A stretch of 64,000 nucleotides of DNA from Octopus vulgaris (Eukaryota): the NCBI GenBank assembly GCA_951406725.2, contig OX597822.1, positions 88,536,001 through 88,600,000 of the forward strand, given 5' to 3'. Positions within the stretch are counted from its first letter, which is position 1, and each line of letters opens with the position of its first letter. The translations under genes were made by a program, and so were the position numbers. Below, piece after piece: positions 26,234 through 38,764 of the stretch. Under the pieces are notes generated by a model. That model was not told the DNA's origin and ran no database searches. It worked only from the letters and a program-made list of their open reading frames with translations.

Positions 26234-26529
26234 TGTCGAGCACTGGAGGCGATGAAATCGATAAGCATCCTCCCCCAAAATTTCAGACCTTGTGCCCATA
26301 GCCTTCCCATAGTAGAAAGAATCATATCACGCTTCTTCCTGACAATATAATGAGTGGAAGTGTACAGCTACGTACGTATACTTATTTCATGTCTATATCT
26401 TACATTTCTATTGCAGATTATTGACGTCATAAGCATTTATAAACTTTCGGGAGGACTTGAACTAATTCTTTTTTAGGAATATCTCGAAGCTCACACATAA
26501 AGCTATAAATAGTCCTTTCTCCTGAATGT

Positions 26530-26728
26530 ACAAGGGTTCGTATTTGGGGGAAGGGATTAAGTCGTGTACATCGACCTCAGTGCGTAACTGGTACTTATTT
26601 AATCGATCCCGAAAGGATAAAAGGCAAAGTCGACCTCGGCGGAATTTGAACTCACAACTAGAAGACGGTCGAAATGCTGCGAAGCATTTTGCTCGACGTC
26701 GTAACGATTCCGCCAGCTCGCCACCTTC
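26530..26728 (-). mobile_element. SINE family 1 monomer
   Basis: Head gaaggtggcgagctggcgga, body, and a variant tail. Confidence 0.87.
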
Positions 26729-27523
26729 CATAAAAGTATAAATAATAGCATGTGAATATTGGTTTTTAGCCAGGAAAAGTCGAAGGCTGCCCGTGGGACT
26801 GTAATGTCAAAAGGAGGCGCGGATTCTATTACAGATGTCTATCAGTCATGGGTACACTTGGCAATTTCCGGATTCATCGTGGGTCTAGGGGCCTAATTTT
26901 GAACCATGTTCGTTGTTGGATTGCTGGCAATAAATATAGAGCCTGGTGCATTGATTTGTACGGGAACCTTTTATGACTGCAGAGTCGGCCCTGGTGTTAA
27001 CCGTAGAGATATAAACAAGACTACATTTCGTAACAAAAGTTAATAAAAGAGTTTCTCTCATGGTAACTATTGCAATAGAGTTTGTCCTAATAGAATATCC
27101 ACGTTTAAGTGGGGATAGATATTACTTCTCGATATTGATATTGCCTGTCCCAAATAAACATTTTTATAATAAACTCACTGGTTAATCGCAACATCGGCGC
27201 CCATTCTGGCACTGTTATTCTATATATCACTGACAGTGAGATGAATCGCTACTATTTCTAGCGGTTGGGAGTCCATCATTGACAATACCAAAGAAGGTCG
27301 AAATCGCGTGATCTGGTAGTCTCGGCGCTGAACGTGGTGGGGATTTATCTCAACACTAAACAAGAGTGTATTTTGCACCAAAGTCAATGTACAAATTTCT
27401 CTCGTGGTATCTACGACAGTATAGTTTGTTCTAACAGAATATCCAAGTTTAAGCGGAGATTAATAAATAGAGAATGCAAAAATGGTTCAAATAGGTCGTT
27501 TCTCTTGCGGCAGATTAACAATA

Positions 27524-27740
27524 TTTACTCTTTTACTTGTTTCAGTCATCTGACTGCGGCCATGCTGGAGCACCACCTTTAGTCGAGCAAATCGACCCCA
27601 GGACTTATTCTTTTGAAGCCTAGTACTTATTCTATCGAACTCTTTTGCCGAACCGCTAAGTTACGGGGACGTAAACACACCACCATCGGTTGTCAAACGA
27701 TGTTGGGGGGGGGGGTACAAACACAGACATACAAACATGT

Positions 27741-27773
<33 letters not shown>

Positions 27774-27934
27774 CGACGGCTTCTTTCAGTTTCCGCCAAC
27801 CAAATCCACTCAAAAGGCTTTGGTCGGCCCGAGGCTATAGTAGAAGACACTTGCCCAAGGTGTCATGCAGTGGGACTGAACCCAGAACCGTGTGATTGGG
27901 AAGCAAGCTTCTTACCACACAGCCAGTGCAGCGC
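27524..27934 (-). mobile_element. SINE family 2, full length
   Basis: tRNA-like head tggctgtgtggtaagaagcttgcttcc...gggttcagtcccactgc, internal (TA)/(TG)n, tail ccagcatggccgcagtcagatgactgaaacaagtaaaaga. Confidence 0.9.
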
Positions 27935-28189
27935 TTGATTAATATTTTTTAATTACTCAATTTTATAAAAATAATGATTCTACAGCAATCATTGACAACT
28001 TTGCAGCGTGCGGGACTTTCTGATTTGCACCCCTAAACGAAAAATTTCCATAATTTTTTTTAGTAGTGCTGCCTGCATGATGATGAACCATGTCCCATGC
28101 ACCCAGCTTCTCAAAAAAGGTTGCCCATGCTTGTTCTACATCTATTTACCAACTTGGACAATATCAGAAAATATGGGGATAGATCGTTA

Positions 28190-28345
28190 GCCACTACACA
28201 CATTTTTTTTCTCTCCTTGTGTTTTTCTGTATCCCTTTCTGTAGAAGAGCGTAGGCTCGAAACGTAAAAGACTTTTTCTATTCCTAAGCGTTATACTAAT
28301 ACATTTGTTTGTTTTGTACACCACCTGTCTTCGTCTTTTGTTTTT
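28190..28345 (+). mobile_element. Penelope-type pLTR remnant with hammerhead-like core
   Basis: cttt CTGTAGA a gagc gtag gctc GAAAC GTA aaag: stems I and II are paired, with one core substitution. Confidence 0.55.
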
Positions 28346-28361
28346 TTTTCGTAAACTCTCC

Positions 28362-28496
28362 CTACATACATACATATATACATAGTACATACATACATAC
28401 ACAGTACATACATACATACATACATACATACATACATACATACATACATACATACATACATACATACATACATACATACATACATACATACATACA

Positions 28497-28525
<29 letters not shown>
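28362..28525. repeat. (TACA)n microsatellite
   Basis: Direct repeats. Confidence 0.97.
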
Positions 28526-28527
<2 letters not shown>

Positions 28528-28814
28528 GAAAATTATAATATAACTTTTATTGAATTTCTTGGGTCTTATACATAATGATGAAAGGATACTAACTTTCAAA
28601 AGAAATATATTTATTACTTCTAAATAAAATTAAATAAAACGTAAGGCGGCGCTCCAGCATGGCCACAGTCAAAATGACTGAAACAAGTGAAAGAATAAAA
28701 GAATATACAAAGAGCAAAAAAAAATGAAAGCAAAATTATACTCCCTGTAATTATTTTAAATTAAGGAAGATGTTATATGCACTCATCCACTCTCTCGCTC
28801 ATTTTCTCGCTCTT

Positions 28815-29070
28815 TTTCTCTTTCTATCTCTGTCTCTTTATTAAATACGTGTGTATGTGTATGTATACACGGCTTCCCTTCTTCTTCTTCTTCTGCTTCC
28901 TCCTTCTTTGTCTCTATGATTCTTTCTCTTTCACTGTGTGGTGTTCATTTACACATTGCCTGCCACGAAGACTAGTAAATGCACTCATCCCGCAGCTCTT
29001 ACGTTAACTCTCTCTCTGTCTTTATTTTACCCTCTCTCTCTTTTTCTCTCTCTCTTTTTCTCCCTCTCTT
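28815..29070 (+). repeat. Pyrimidine-rich dispersed repeat, copy 1 (copy 2 at 30345-30700)
   Basis: Shared ttattaaatac...acacattgcctg.cacgaagactagt.aatgcactca...gttaactctctct. Confidence 0.8.
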
Positions 29071-29123
<53 letters not shown>

Positions 29124-29369
29124 CACGCACGCATATCTTTTGCTTGTTTCAGTCAGCAACCATGTTGGGTTTTAGGGCATTAGTCAAACAAATCAATCCT
29201 ATTGCACACTTTTTAAACCTCTTTTGCCGAAGCGCTAAGTTAGGGGAACATAAATAAACCAACACCAGTGGTAAAGCGGTGGGGAACAATCACAGACACA
29301 AAGACATGCGCTCACACACATACACATGCACATCCTAAAACTGCGGAAAGACATGAATGCAATATACAG

Positions 29370-30345
29370 ACAGTTCAATACTGAGAAGTTTCAAGCCTTC
29401 CACTATCTTCCCACAAACAGACTACATTCGAAATATCTAGGACCGGTGGGTAGTGCACTCCTAGGGTCAGATTAATGATGCAACATTCCATGAGCATATT
29501 TCCAAGATGGCAACAACACTGTGCAGGCGAGTAGCTGGTTAGATTCTGCGGTCATTCAAAATCAGGAAAAAGGATATTATGTTACTAGCACTATGACCCG
29601 GCAACACCGGGTCATAGTACTAGTGCATGCATATACAGCTGCGTGCGTGCGTGCGCACATACACGCGAGTACAGATCAAATCTCCGACCAATCACATACA
29701 GCTAGCTGGCATTCAATCGGCGTATCAAGTTTCGGGCATTTTGATTGGGTTTTGGATAGAAAATTCACAAAAAAGTCACTTCTATTGATTTTTAATGGCT
29801 TTGCGGGGCGACTGGGGAAATGTAAAGATGTGCACGACCACCCTTGGACGGTTTTGAATGACCATAGAAAGTGCGAGCCCTCTAACTGAAAAATTGTGGA
29901 TTTGTATAAAGGATACACACACACACGCACACACACAGACATTTTGCCGTTTATATAGAGAGAGATTCCTAAGGAGAACATTCGTTCTCAGTCATCTGGA
30001 TTACTGCTCTCAACTGTGGTCACCGCAGAGCATTAAAGTGGTGGTAGAATTTGAGGCAACCCAGCGCTGCTACACTAAGAAGATTGAGCGGGTGCTACAG
30101 ATGAGCTACTGGGAGAGGATAAGGGAACTGAAGCACTACTCCCTAGAAAGAAGACGTAAAAGATGTGCAATTATATACTTATGGAAGATTCTGGAAGGTC
30201 TAACACCCAGCTTTGAAATTGCAAGATACACCAATCACTGAATTGGACAACACAGAATAATACCAAAGATTATGTCATCTCCATGTAGAATTAGGACTCA
30301 GTACTGTAACAGCTTAGGTTTCACGGGTCCACAACTATTCAACAT
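29370..30345 (+). pseudogene. Degraded CR1/L2-group LINE ORF2 C-terminus, interrupted at ~29580-29945
   Basis: TFVLSHLDYCSQLWSP, ATQRCYTKKI, SLERRRKR, YLWKILEG; GPQLFNI near the end. Confidence 0.8.
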
Positions 30346-31074
30346 CTCGCTCTTTCTGTCTTTGTCTCGTTATTAAATACATGTGCATGTGTGTGAATAC
30401 ACAGCCTCTCCTCTTCTTCTTCTTCCTCCTCTTCTTCTTCCTCCTCTTCTTCTTCCTCCTCTTCTTCTTCCTCCTCTTCTTCTTCCTCCTCCTCCTCCTT
30501 TGTCTATGATTATTTTCCTTTCACTTACACATTGCCTGTCATGAAGACTAGTTAATGCACTCACCCTTATGTTAACTCTCTCTTTGTCTTTGTTTTACTC
30601 TCTCTCTCCCTTTCTCTCTCTCTTCCTCTCTCTCTCTTTCTTTCTTTCTCTCTTCCTCTCTCTTTCTCCCTTTCTCTGTCTTTCTTTCTCCTCCCCTCCT
30701 TTTACGATGTAACGCATGACTGGAGAAATCAACCAACGTTGGCTGTTATTATACAGAGTTTATTTGAATTATTCATACTAGCAGATAGACTACACCCTTC
30801 GGGAGGTTTTCTACTAGCCCCTTGATATAATTTTCATATTTGATTCCCATTTCTAATAATTTCTCATATTTTACGTCTAATTGTTTCTTTGTATAATAGT
30901 GCTCACTTGCTTAGCAAATATTGCTTTCATTATTATTTTATCACAATCATAATCTAGTCCAACAACAGGGGGACAAACAGTTTGTCAAGTTTTACTTTCC
31001 TCTCAAAGCAACAAAGAGATTTCATTTCAGCAGCCCACCTGTAAGCTTTGCAGTGTGTGTGTGTGTGCGTGTGT

Positions 31075-31121
<47 letters not shown>

Positions 31122-31884
31122 CATTGCAAACAATGAATGAAATAAACATGAAATGAAAAAATCGTATAAATAAAAGGGCATTACTACAGATGTATATGCC
31201 TCCAACTTTGTTGCCTCATAACATCCAGAAAAATGGATACTTTTTAACAAAATTTTCTACAAATACCGCTTAGATTTTGTGGCTTCAGAGTATACGGGGA
31301 TTTAAAGGGAAGATTTTTTGCGAGGGGGTGGAGAGAGGAGTTTCAGAAAATTCACGCCATCTGAATTTTTTTCCCTCATAACTTTCAGGAAGATGGGTAT
31401 CTTTTAATGAAAATTTATACAAATCCCTTTCAAACGGCATAGAATACGATTATAAAGAAATTTGTGGGAAAATTTTTTCGGGGATTTTCCCCATTTTTTT
31501 TTTTTTTTTTTTTTAACCACAGCCTTCGAAATTATGGAATTGGGGGAGTATCTTTGTTTGAAAAAATTCTGAAAATTCTCTTTTTTACATCCCCCTCCCA
31601 CATCACCCCATCCAGACCTATTTTAGTCAATTTTTTTGCACTTCAAAACCATGTGAAGAGCATTTTCCATCCAACGACAACCCTCCTCGTTTCTTTATCA
31701 CTCTCGCATGTATTAATGTTTTTCACTATTTTCCCCCATAAATACATTTATATACTATAGAAAAGAAAATTTCAGAAATTATGAACTTTTTGCAACTCTA
31801 CTCCCTGCCGCCGATTGTTTCTGTTTAGAAATTAAAATACTGGAGAGCATGAGAAGGTCATTTATCCAGTGATTTTTTTTTTAA

Positions 31885-32120
31885 TTACGGAGCTGTACTT
31901 GCATAGCAAGTGACTTGATCTGAAATCGTGTGCTGAAACAAAAACAATTGCAGCGTGGAAGATGTTTGTAAACCATTCAAGAACACACAAATACCGTTAG
32001 TTTCACTTCAACATTAAAACTTCATTTGAGTCAGAATATATTCGTCGCTTTGAAACCGCGACCTGTTCACTGACAAAACTTCACAAAAGAGATACAGCAC
32101 GAAGTTTTGTTAGTGAACAG
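31885..32120 (-). mobile_element. Probable Penelope pLTR remnant with short inverted repeat
   Basis: ctgttcactgacaaaacttc / gaagttttgttagtgaacag inverted arms; stem gtcgc...gcgac followed by GAA on the minus strand. Confidence 0.4.
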
Positions 32121-32645
32121 CACACACACGCTTAATTACCCAACTTTCTAGGTTCTTCTCACAGCTATCCCGCATTCAAAAAATATACGGTTATTTTTTT
32201 TAAATTTCATTCAAAAAATTATGTTTTTTACATTACATTTACATTAATAGCGAATTAAATTTAAAAGAGAAAGTGAGAGACTTTGCAAATGAAATGGAAT
32301 ACTCTGCAGCGAATGCAGTGAATATTTAAATTTGTGATGAATTGGACGCAGTGAATATTTAAATTTGCAAGAAATTGGAGTTTAAAAAATTCAAGAAACT
32401 TGAAAAAACGAAACTATAGAAAATTTCGACGAACATTCGTTTGGTTGGTGCTGTTTGGTTGTTATTGGTCGTGCTATTGAAGGTGAGGAATTGTTGCTGT
32501 TGTTAAACTTGTTGATATTTATTTGAAAAAAAAACTGTTAATTGCTTTTTTGTAAAGCAAATTGTTAATTCTCCCGCGTGAGGGGGAATTGCTGTTGTTC
32601 AAAAAATGTGTTGCTGTGTGAATTTTATGTGGTGCCATTTTTGAA

Positions 32646-34019
32646 ATGGAACCAGAAATGTTGTCTTCGGAGAATGAATCTCCAAACAAAGAATCACCAA
32701 GAAAATGCCAAACTAAAGAATCCCCAAAGCCTAGTACAAGTAAAGACTCACCTAGAAAGGAGGAAAAAACAAAGTTGAACGCGAGGAGGAACGTGGCGGT
32801 GTCCAGTCTTGCAACTGGCGAAGCACAAAGTGGTACAAAGGAGATGAGCTTCGCGGCAGCCGCCGGGAGCAGGACTAGGAAAATTAATACCGAAAATTTA
32901 AGAGGACACAGTGAGTTATTGTCAAGAGAGGAGACCGAAATTAAAGTAGCCCCTCCACAAAGCATTATAACAGACGCTCTGGAAAGAACAACCATTTTCA
33001 AAACATACAATGTGGAGAAAAAAAGAATTGAATATGTAAATGAAAAAATATTGAAAAATGTTTAAAGCCCATATCGGGCGATATAAAATATGTGACAAGG
33101 GGAAAAAGGTACACGACCATAGAAGTAAGAATGGAGTCGGCCGAGAAGGCAAATCATCACTCGGTCGAACTATTAAGAACGGAGGAGGTGGTATTCCTGC
33201 CTATATATATGGGGAGGAGAGCCTCGCGGATCAAGATTAGTACGCCCTGCCGGAGGTGAATGGCTGGTGGCAGCAGTTATGCTGGATTTATAAGATGAAA
33301 TAACGCTGTTATCTGCAGAAGTAATGGAAGAGAAAAAAACTGGTCGGGTCAGACAGTAAAATTATTGATCCAAGCGGAGCCACTGACTCTGGAGAAAATT
33401 CCAGAGGTTATTGATGCGATGGATATCAAATTGGTCGTGATGGTGGAGGGGAGGAAGCCCCGTTGTTTTAAGTGTGGAATGAAAGGCCACGTTAGGTCTG
33501 ATTGTAAGACCGGACAGGAAGAAATAGAAGAAAAGGAAGAAAACAATGAAGAAAACAAAGAAGAGCAAAAAGAAAAAGACAGAGTTGAAGAATAACAAAG
33601 AAGGGGAGGGTTGGGAGATTGTTAAAAACAAAAGGAAAATAAAACCAACCTCCCCAGAAAAGACACAAAGAACTATAAAAAGGCAAAAAAAGCCAGTAAG
33701 AAAAGAAGAAAAAAGGAAGAACTATACATGGCGGTGGGGGTTTACAATTCGAGGCTACTACAACGCCTAAAATGTATTAAAAAAACATAAAGAAAATAGA
33801 AAGTGAAGACGTAAGAGAAGGATACGAGATTTATAATGTAGATAAAACAACGTATAATATTTTTGCGAACGATTATAGAGACGACGTAGGCCCATTAAGA
33901 TGAGATATATCGGCCCAAATTTACGATGGATTGCACACTCGGACTTAACGAGCCCGAGAAAAAGAAAAAGAGGTGGATTCCTCTCCGCGTCAAAGTGAGG
34001 ATCTAACGAACTAAGGTAA
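32646..34019 (+). pseudogene. Tx1 ORF1 (gag-like, CCHC zinc knuckle), frameshifted
   Basis: SFAAAA motif, VEGRKPRCFKCGMKGHVRSDC, GWEIVKNKRK. Confidence 0.88.
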
Positions 34020-34024
34020 GACTT

Positions 34025-37000
34025 ATGGCTGTTCACGTAGGATGTTTGAATGTGCGTGGCCTGACGGCGAGCTGGAAGCAAGGGCGTTTCCTAAACGACG
34101 TCAGGTCACGTAAGTTAGATGTTATTGTTGCTACTGAAACCTGGGTAAAAGGGCCAAGTGGTCTGCTCCCGCTCCTGGACGGTTACGAGAAATTCATTTC
34201 TCCAGGCCGACCTGCGGGCAGGAGTGGGGTGTTGGTCCTACTCAAAAGAATCCGGATTTTAGAGAAAGAGTTAATTTTCTCTGACCCAGAAAGTAGTCTG
34301 GTCGTCTTAAATTTAACTTTCAGTTGTGGTAACAAAATCAGACTGGTGGCAATTAACTCCCCCAATTCCGGTCAGACTGAGTATTTTCGAAACCTAGAGA
34401 AGTTTCTTGGTACGTCGCATCCGTTAGTTTTGTTAGGAGATTTTAACACTATTCACGATGCACGCGTGGATTATGTTGGCTCGAATACGAATAGGAGACC
34501 GAATCCTGGCTTCCGGGATCTACTAAGTCGATTTCAGTTAGTAGATCCATACAGACTAGAATTCCCGAACGCCCCATTATGGACGTGATTAAGTGGCGAC
34601 GGGCCTTCAAGGTCGTATATAGATAGGATCCTAATTAGAAAAATAGATAAAGACATAGCTAAGTGTCCACAGTTTTACTTGGTCAGCTACAGTAATCATA
34701 AGTTTATCACCTGTAAGCTGAACCTAGATAAGTTACATAGTAGAAGCTCCGGCTACTGGAAACTCAATAAGTCTCTTTTGGCGATTGAAGAGTACAGGAA
34801 CCGGATTAAGTTGTTGATACAGAGGGCATCGACAGGTAGCATCATTAACAATAAATGGTGGTACGCTCTAAAAAGATCCATTAAATTTGGGTCTATTAGA
34901 TATTGCATAGTTTAGTGGCTAGAGAACGTAGGAGGGAAGCAGAACTAGCTAAGGTCCTAGAGGAAGCCATGGTGACTGGCAATGTATCTCAGGTGAAGGC
35001 AGAGACTGGAATTAAACCAGCACATCGAAGCCAAACACGTGGGGTATATTGTCAGGGCTAGACTTCGTGCAATGGGTTGTGAGGGGATCAGAGCCGCTGA
35101 ATGGGCTCGAGTGGTGGAAGCCCAACGTGGAAATGATTCCACAATTCGATCTTTGGAGAACCTACAAGGTGAGTTGGTAAACGAACCCGAGGAGATGTGT
35201 AAGACTCTTCAGGAGCACTTCGCCCAGCTTTTCGGGGGGAGCGATGGACCGGATAGTAGGTTGGACCTTACGGACTTCCTCACCGGGCTGCCGCGTCTCT
35301 CGGGGCGGAATGCGGAGTGCTGTGAAGGGTCGATCACACCTGAGGAGGTGATAGAGGTTATAGCAGACTGCGGCGTTGGTAAGGCGCCAAGTCTTGATGG
35401 TCTGCCGTGCGAATTGTATAAAAGTATGCCAGACTTGTTCGGGCACATGCTGACCGGGGTTTACGCGAACTGGCAGCAGAACAGGATGAGTCCTAGATCT
35501 GTGCGCCGAGGAGTGGTGACTCTGGTCATGAAGGACTCAGACAAGAGGGATAGAATAGATCATTTTAGGCCCATCACTCTGTTAAATACAGAGTTGAAGA
35601 TTTTGGCCAAGGTGTTAGCAAAATGATTGGCGCGTGTCGCGGATGGTCTGATCGGTTGAAGCATCCAGGATAATCTCCAGAAAGGTTTGGTAACGATTCT
35701 GGCAAGGATGGAGCTTTTGTCCATTTAGACCAATCGAAAGCATTCGATAGGGTTGACTATCGCTACCTGGTGTCCGTTCTCGTGCAATTCGGGCTGGGTC
35801 TTGGCTTCCTCGTATGGATCATACAGTTATATGACAACATCGACTCGATCGTTCGGGTGAACGGCTTTCTTTCTAAGCCGTTCTGTATCAAACGTTCGGT
35901 TCGCCCAGGATGTCTGCTCTCCCCAATTTTGTATGTGATGACTCTGGAGCCGTTACTGCGAAGGTTGAGTGGCATCCTAAGGGAACCAGTTGATGGGGGA
36001 TCGGTTTCAGCATATGCGGACGACATTACCATCATCGTGACCAAGATGGAACACCTACAGGGAGTAGGCGAAACCATTAAGATTTACGAGACGGTGGCAG
36101 GAGTAAAGATTAACTGGGGAAAATCAGTCGGCTTGCAACTCGGCACATGTAAGGGCAAGTCGATGCCTTCGAATAGCGTTGTGGGCCCGGTTAAATTGCT
36201 AGGAGTCTGGTTTGGACCAGACCTCCAGGTAGAAAAGAATTGGGCAAAGGTATCGAGCAAGGTGACCCAGATAGTCAAGACCTGGTCTTGGCGGTGGCTA
36301 TCCTTGAAAGGGAGGACGGAGGTGGTCAATGTGTTTATCGCATCGGTCATTATTTACCGCCTAACTGTCGTTCTCTGCCCTGATTCGTGGTTGAGCAAGT
36401 TGGAGAGACAAAACTTCTGCTATTTGTGGAAGGCCTTGACTCCACTTGTGAGGCGTTCTACCTGCTGTCAGAACCCGTTAAAGGGAGGACTAGGGATGCC
36501 TTGGCTGTTGATGCGCAAGTACGCGCTGAGGTTCATGTACCTCTGGCTTCTCCTGGATGGTGAACGGATGTGGTCTCTGCTTGTGAAACGGATGTTTCTT
36601 AGGTTCACTAGTTTCGGTAGACGAGAAAGCTGGTTTCGTCGAAGATCGAGGTTGGGTACATGGTTTACGGAGTGCCGTAAGGCCTTCCTACTGTTCTGTT
36701 GCTCGGGTAGTGCCAGTGGTTTTGGTACCACTGCATCTTTCTATAGCAGGTTGGTAAAGATTAGAAACGATGACGCCCTAGGGGAGACCCTGGGTCTCGA
36801 GGATAACCAGTCAGACAGTCTGTTCCAAAGGACATTCGGGCCAAGGACTTTGGATAACTTCCAAAAATCTCTGGCCTGGCAATGTTACCGAGGAGCCTTA
36901 CCCGTTCGGGATAAGCTCACCAGACACGGCCAGCCCGGTCCTTCGGCCTGTCCAGGATGCGAGCAGGATAGGGAAACCGTCCTGCACGCTATTGTTCAGT

Positions 37001-37348
37001 GTCTGGAAGTGTCAGAAGTGTGGATTTATGTGGAACACTTGTTGTCGGATTCAAGAAGAGTACAGCTGTCATCTGAGTCAATTTTAGAAATTGACCCGCC
37101 GGGTTTCCTCACGAAAGAAGGTAAGGATTGCTTTCTCGTACTAATAGCAATTGCGAAAGGGGTGAGTGGAAGTCGAGAATGAAAGGATTGGCAACAGGCA
37201 ACTTCACCTCTGGTCTCAGGTTGGTGAGATTCTTCACCTTTCACTTGAAAAGAACAGTGAGGCTAGAGAGATGATGCCTGTCGGAGAGGATGTTAAAGAC
37301 AGATGGATGCGTGTAGCGAGGATGCTGGGTGTGACAGACTCCTCATGA
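34025..37348 (+). pseudogene. Tx1 ORF2: APE endonuclease, RT and zf-RVT, with stops and frameshifts
   Basis: LNVRGL, ATET, GDFN, SYIDRI, GYWKLN, FRPITLLN, KAFDRV, SVRPGCLLSP, AYADD, GGLG, CPGC...ETVLHAIVQC. Confidence 0.95.
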
Positions 37349-37944
37349 ACGTGCTATAATGTTGAATAAAAAGGTACCAGTAGCAGAACAGGGTTCGTGG
37401 AGTCGGAGCTTAACCTGTTTTTTTACTACCTCATTGTTTGTTTGTAATTTTGTCTTTTATGTTGTATTTCATTCGATTTCATTATAACCGCACGTGAATT
37501 TTTAATTATACTCATCTGTATGTCTGACTCCGATTAGGCTGTGCTATCCCCTCTTTGTCAGCCCCTCGTGGGCAATAAAGAAAGAAATTTCTTAGAACAT
37601 GAATTTATAAAAATATTTCCAGATAGTCAACCCTTTAATAATTGCTTTCTTTTTGTTACATACATAATAAGCAGCTTTCTCCATCATAGTATAGATAAGG
37701 AGACTACGGTCTTTAACAAAAGAACAAAATTCCTTCAGAATAATTTACATAATAAAAACAGTCATAGTTACCCGTTGAACTTTAAGGAAGTTTCTCATAC
37801 CTGAATTCTTCTACCGACAGGTGGCTTTTGTAAGATGCATCTTAACTGGTCATTTTCTTTGCCTGAAAGCCCTAGCTTATGAAGATTACCATTTAAACAT
37901 TCATTGACATCACCAAGTGTGTCAATAATTATTGATGGGTTTCA

Positions 37945-38104
37945 GTGCCCGTAATCTAGCGGTTCGGAAAAAGGACCCGATAGAATAAGTACCAGGCTTT
38001 AAAAAATAAGTACTGGGGTTGATTCGTTCGACTAAAATCCAAGGCGGTGCCCCAGCATTGCTGCAGTCTAATGACTGAAACAAGTAAAAGATAAAAGATA
38101 AAGA
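37945..38104 (+). mobile_element. SINE family 2, 3' part
   Basis: tagcggttcgg...aaggcggtgccccagcat...tgactgaaacaagtaaaagataaaaga. Confidence 0.82.
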
Positions 38105-38764
38105 CCTGCAGGACGGCTGACCTCTGCGACTCTACATGAGTTTTCTTTTCTGTTCCAAATGATTATATCAGATTTGTTGCGTTTGCACTTGGTAGAAATT
38201 TTGATGGGAATGTTCCACTAATATTCCTTGTGTTAATATACATGTATGTATTCAATAACTAGGGCATTGTCTATATTTATCCTGGAACATCTTTCCTACA
38301 TATGGTATTGTATATTGTTTTAGCAACAGCTTCAAGTTGCTAAGGGAATTAGTAACACGACATGGGGACAGCTGCTGATCACATGTGTAATGTCTTTCAT
38401 AGAAATCTGACATAATCGACACTTTCAGTCGTATCTTGGTAGTTTAAGGACGCCACTATCTATTGTTTTTATTGGGTGTTTTGTGGCAGTATCCTGCCGT
38501 TGAATTGCAAATGCATAACATTTGAAGTAATGTAACGGTGACGAGTTTAAGAGAAGTCACACTTCATCTTAAAGTGAGCTTCAACTTCAAGTTTCCGTAA
38601 GATATAACCATGCGTAACCTATATTTATCTATTCATATATTTATTTATTGGATACAAAATGTTTCTAGATTGTTGTTATCAGTTCCCGTTTACTTTATTT
38701 TTGAGACGAATTTCGCTTTATTTTTATTCATATTATATTCACACAGAGAATACCCAGTATGCTA

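Larger units (their letters stand above)
32260..37590 (+). mobile_element. Near full-length Tx1/L1-clade non-LTR retrotransposon (disabled)
   Basis: 5' UTR with a short tandem repeat at 32311-32380, ORF1, ORF2, and a 3' UTR ending gcccctcgtgggcaataaagaaagaaa. The 5' boundary is approximate. Confidence 0.93.

Noticed and set aside
26765-26975. Stop-free ~68-codon stretch after a tttttag acceptor on the plus strand
   Set aside because: No recognisable domain and no partner exons; expected by chance.
35770-37182. 470-aa ORF as a domesticated or active RT gene
   Set aside because: The upstream ORF2 has several stops and a deletion in the RT domain, so this is a decaying LINE copy.
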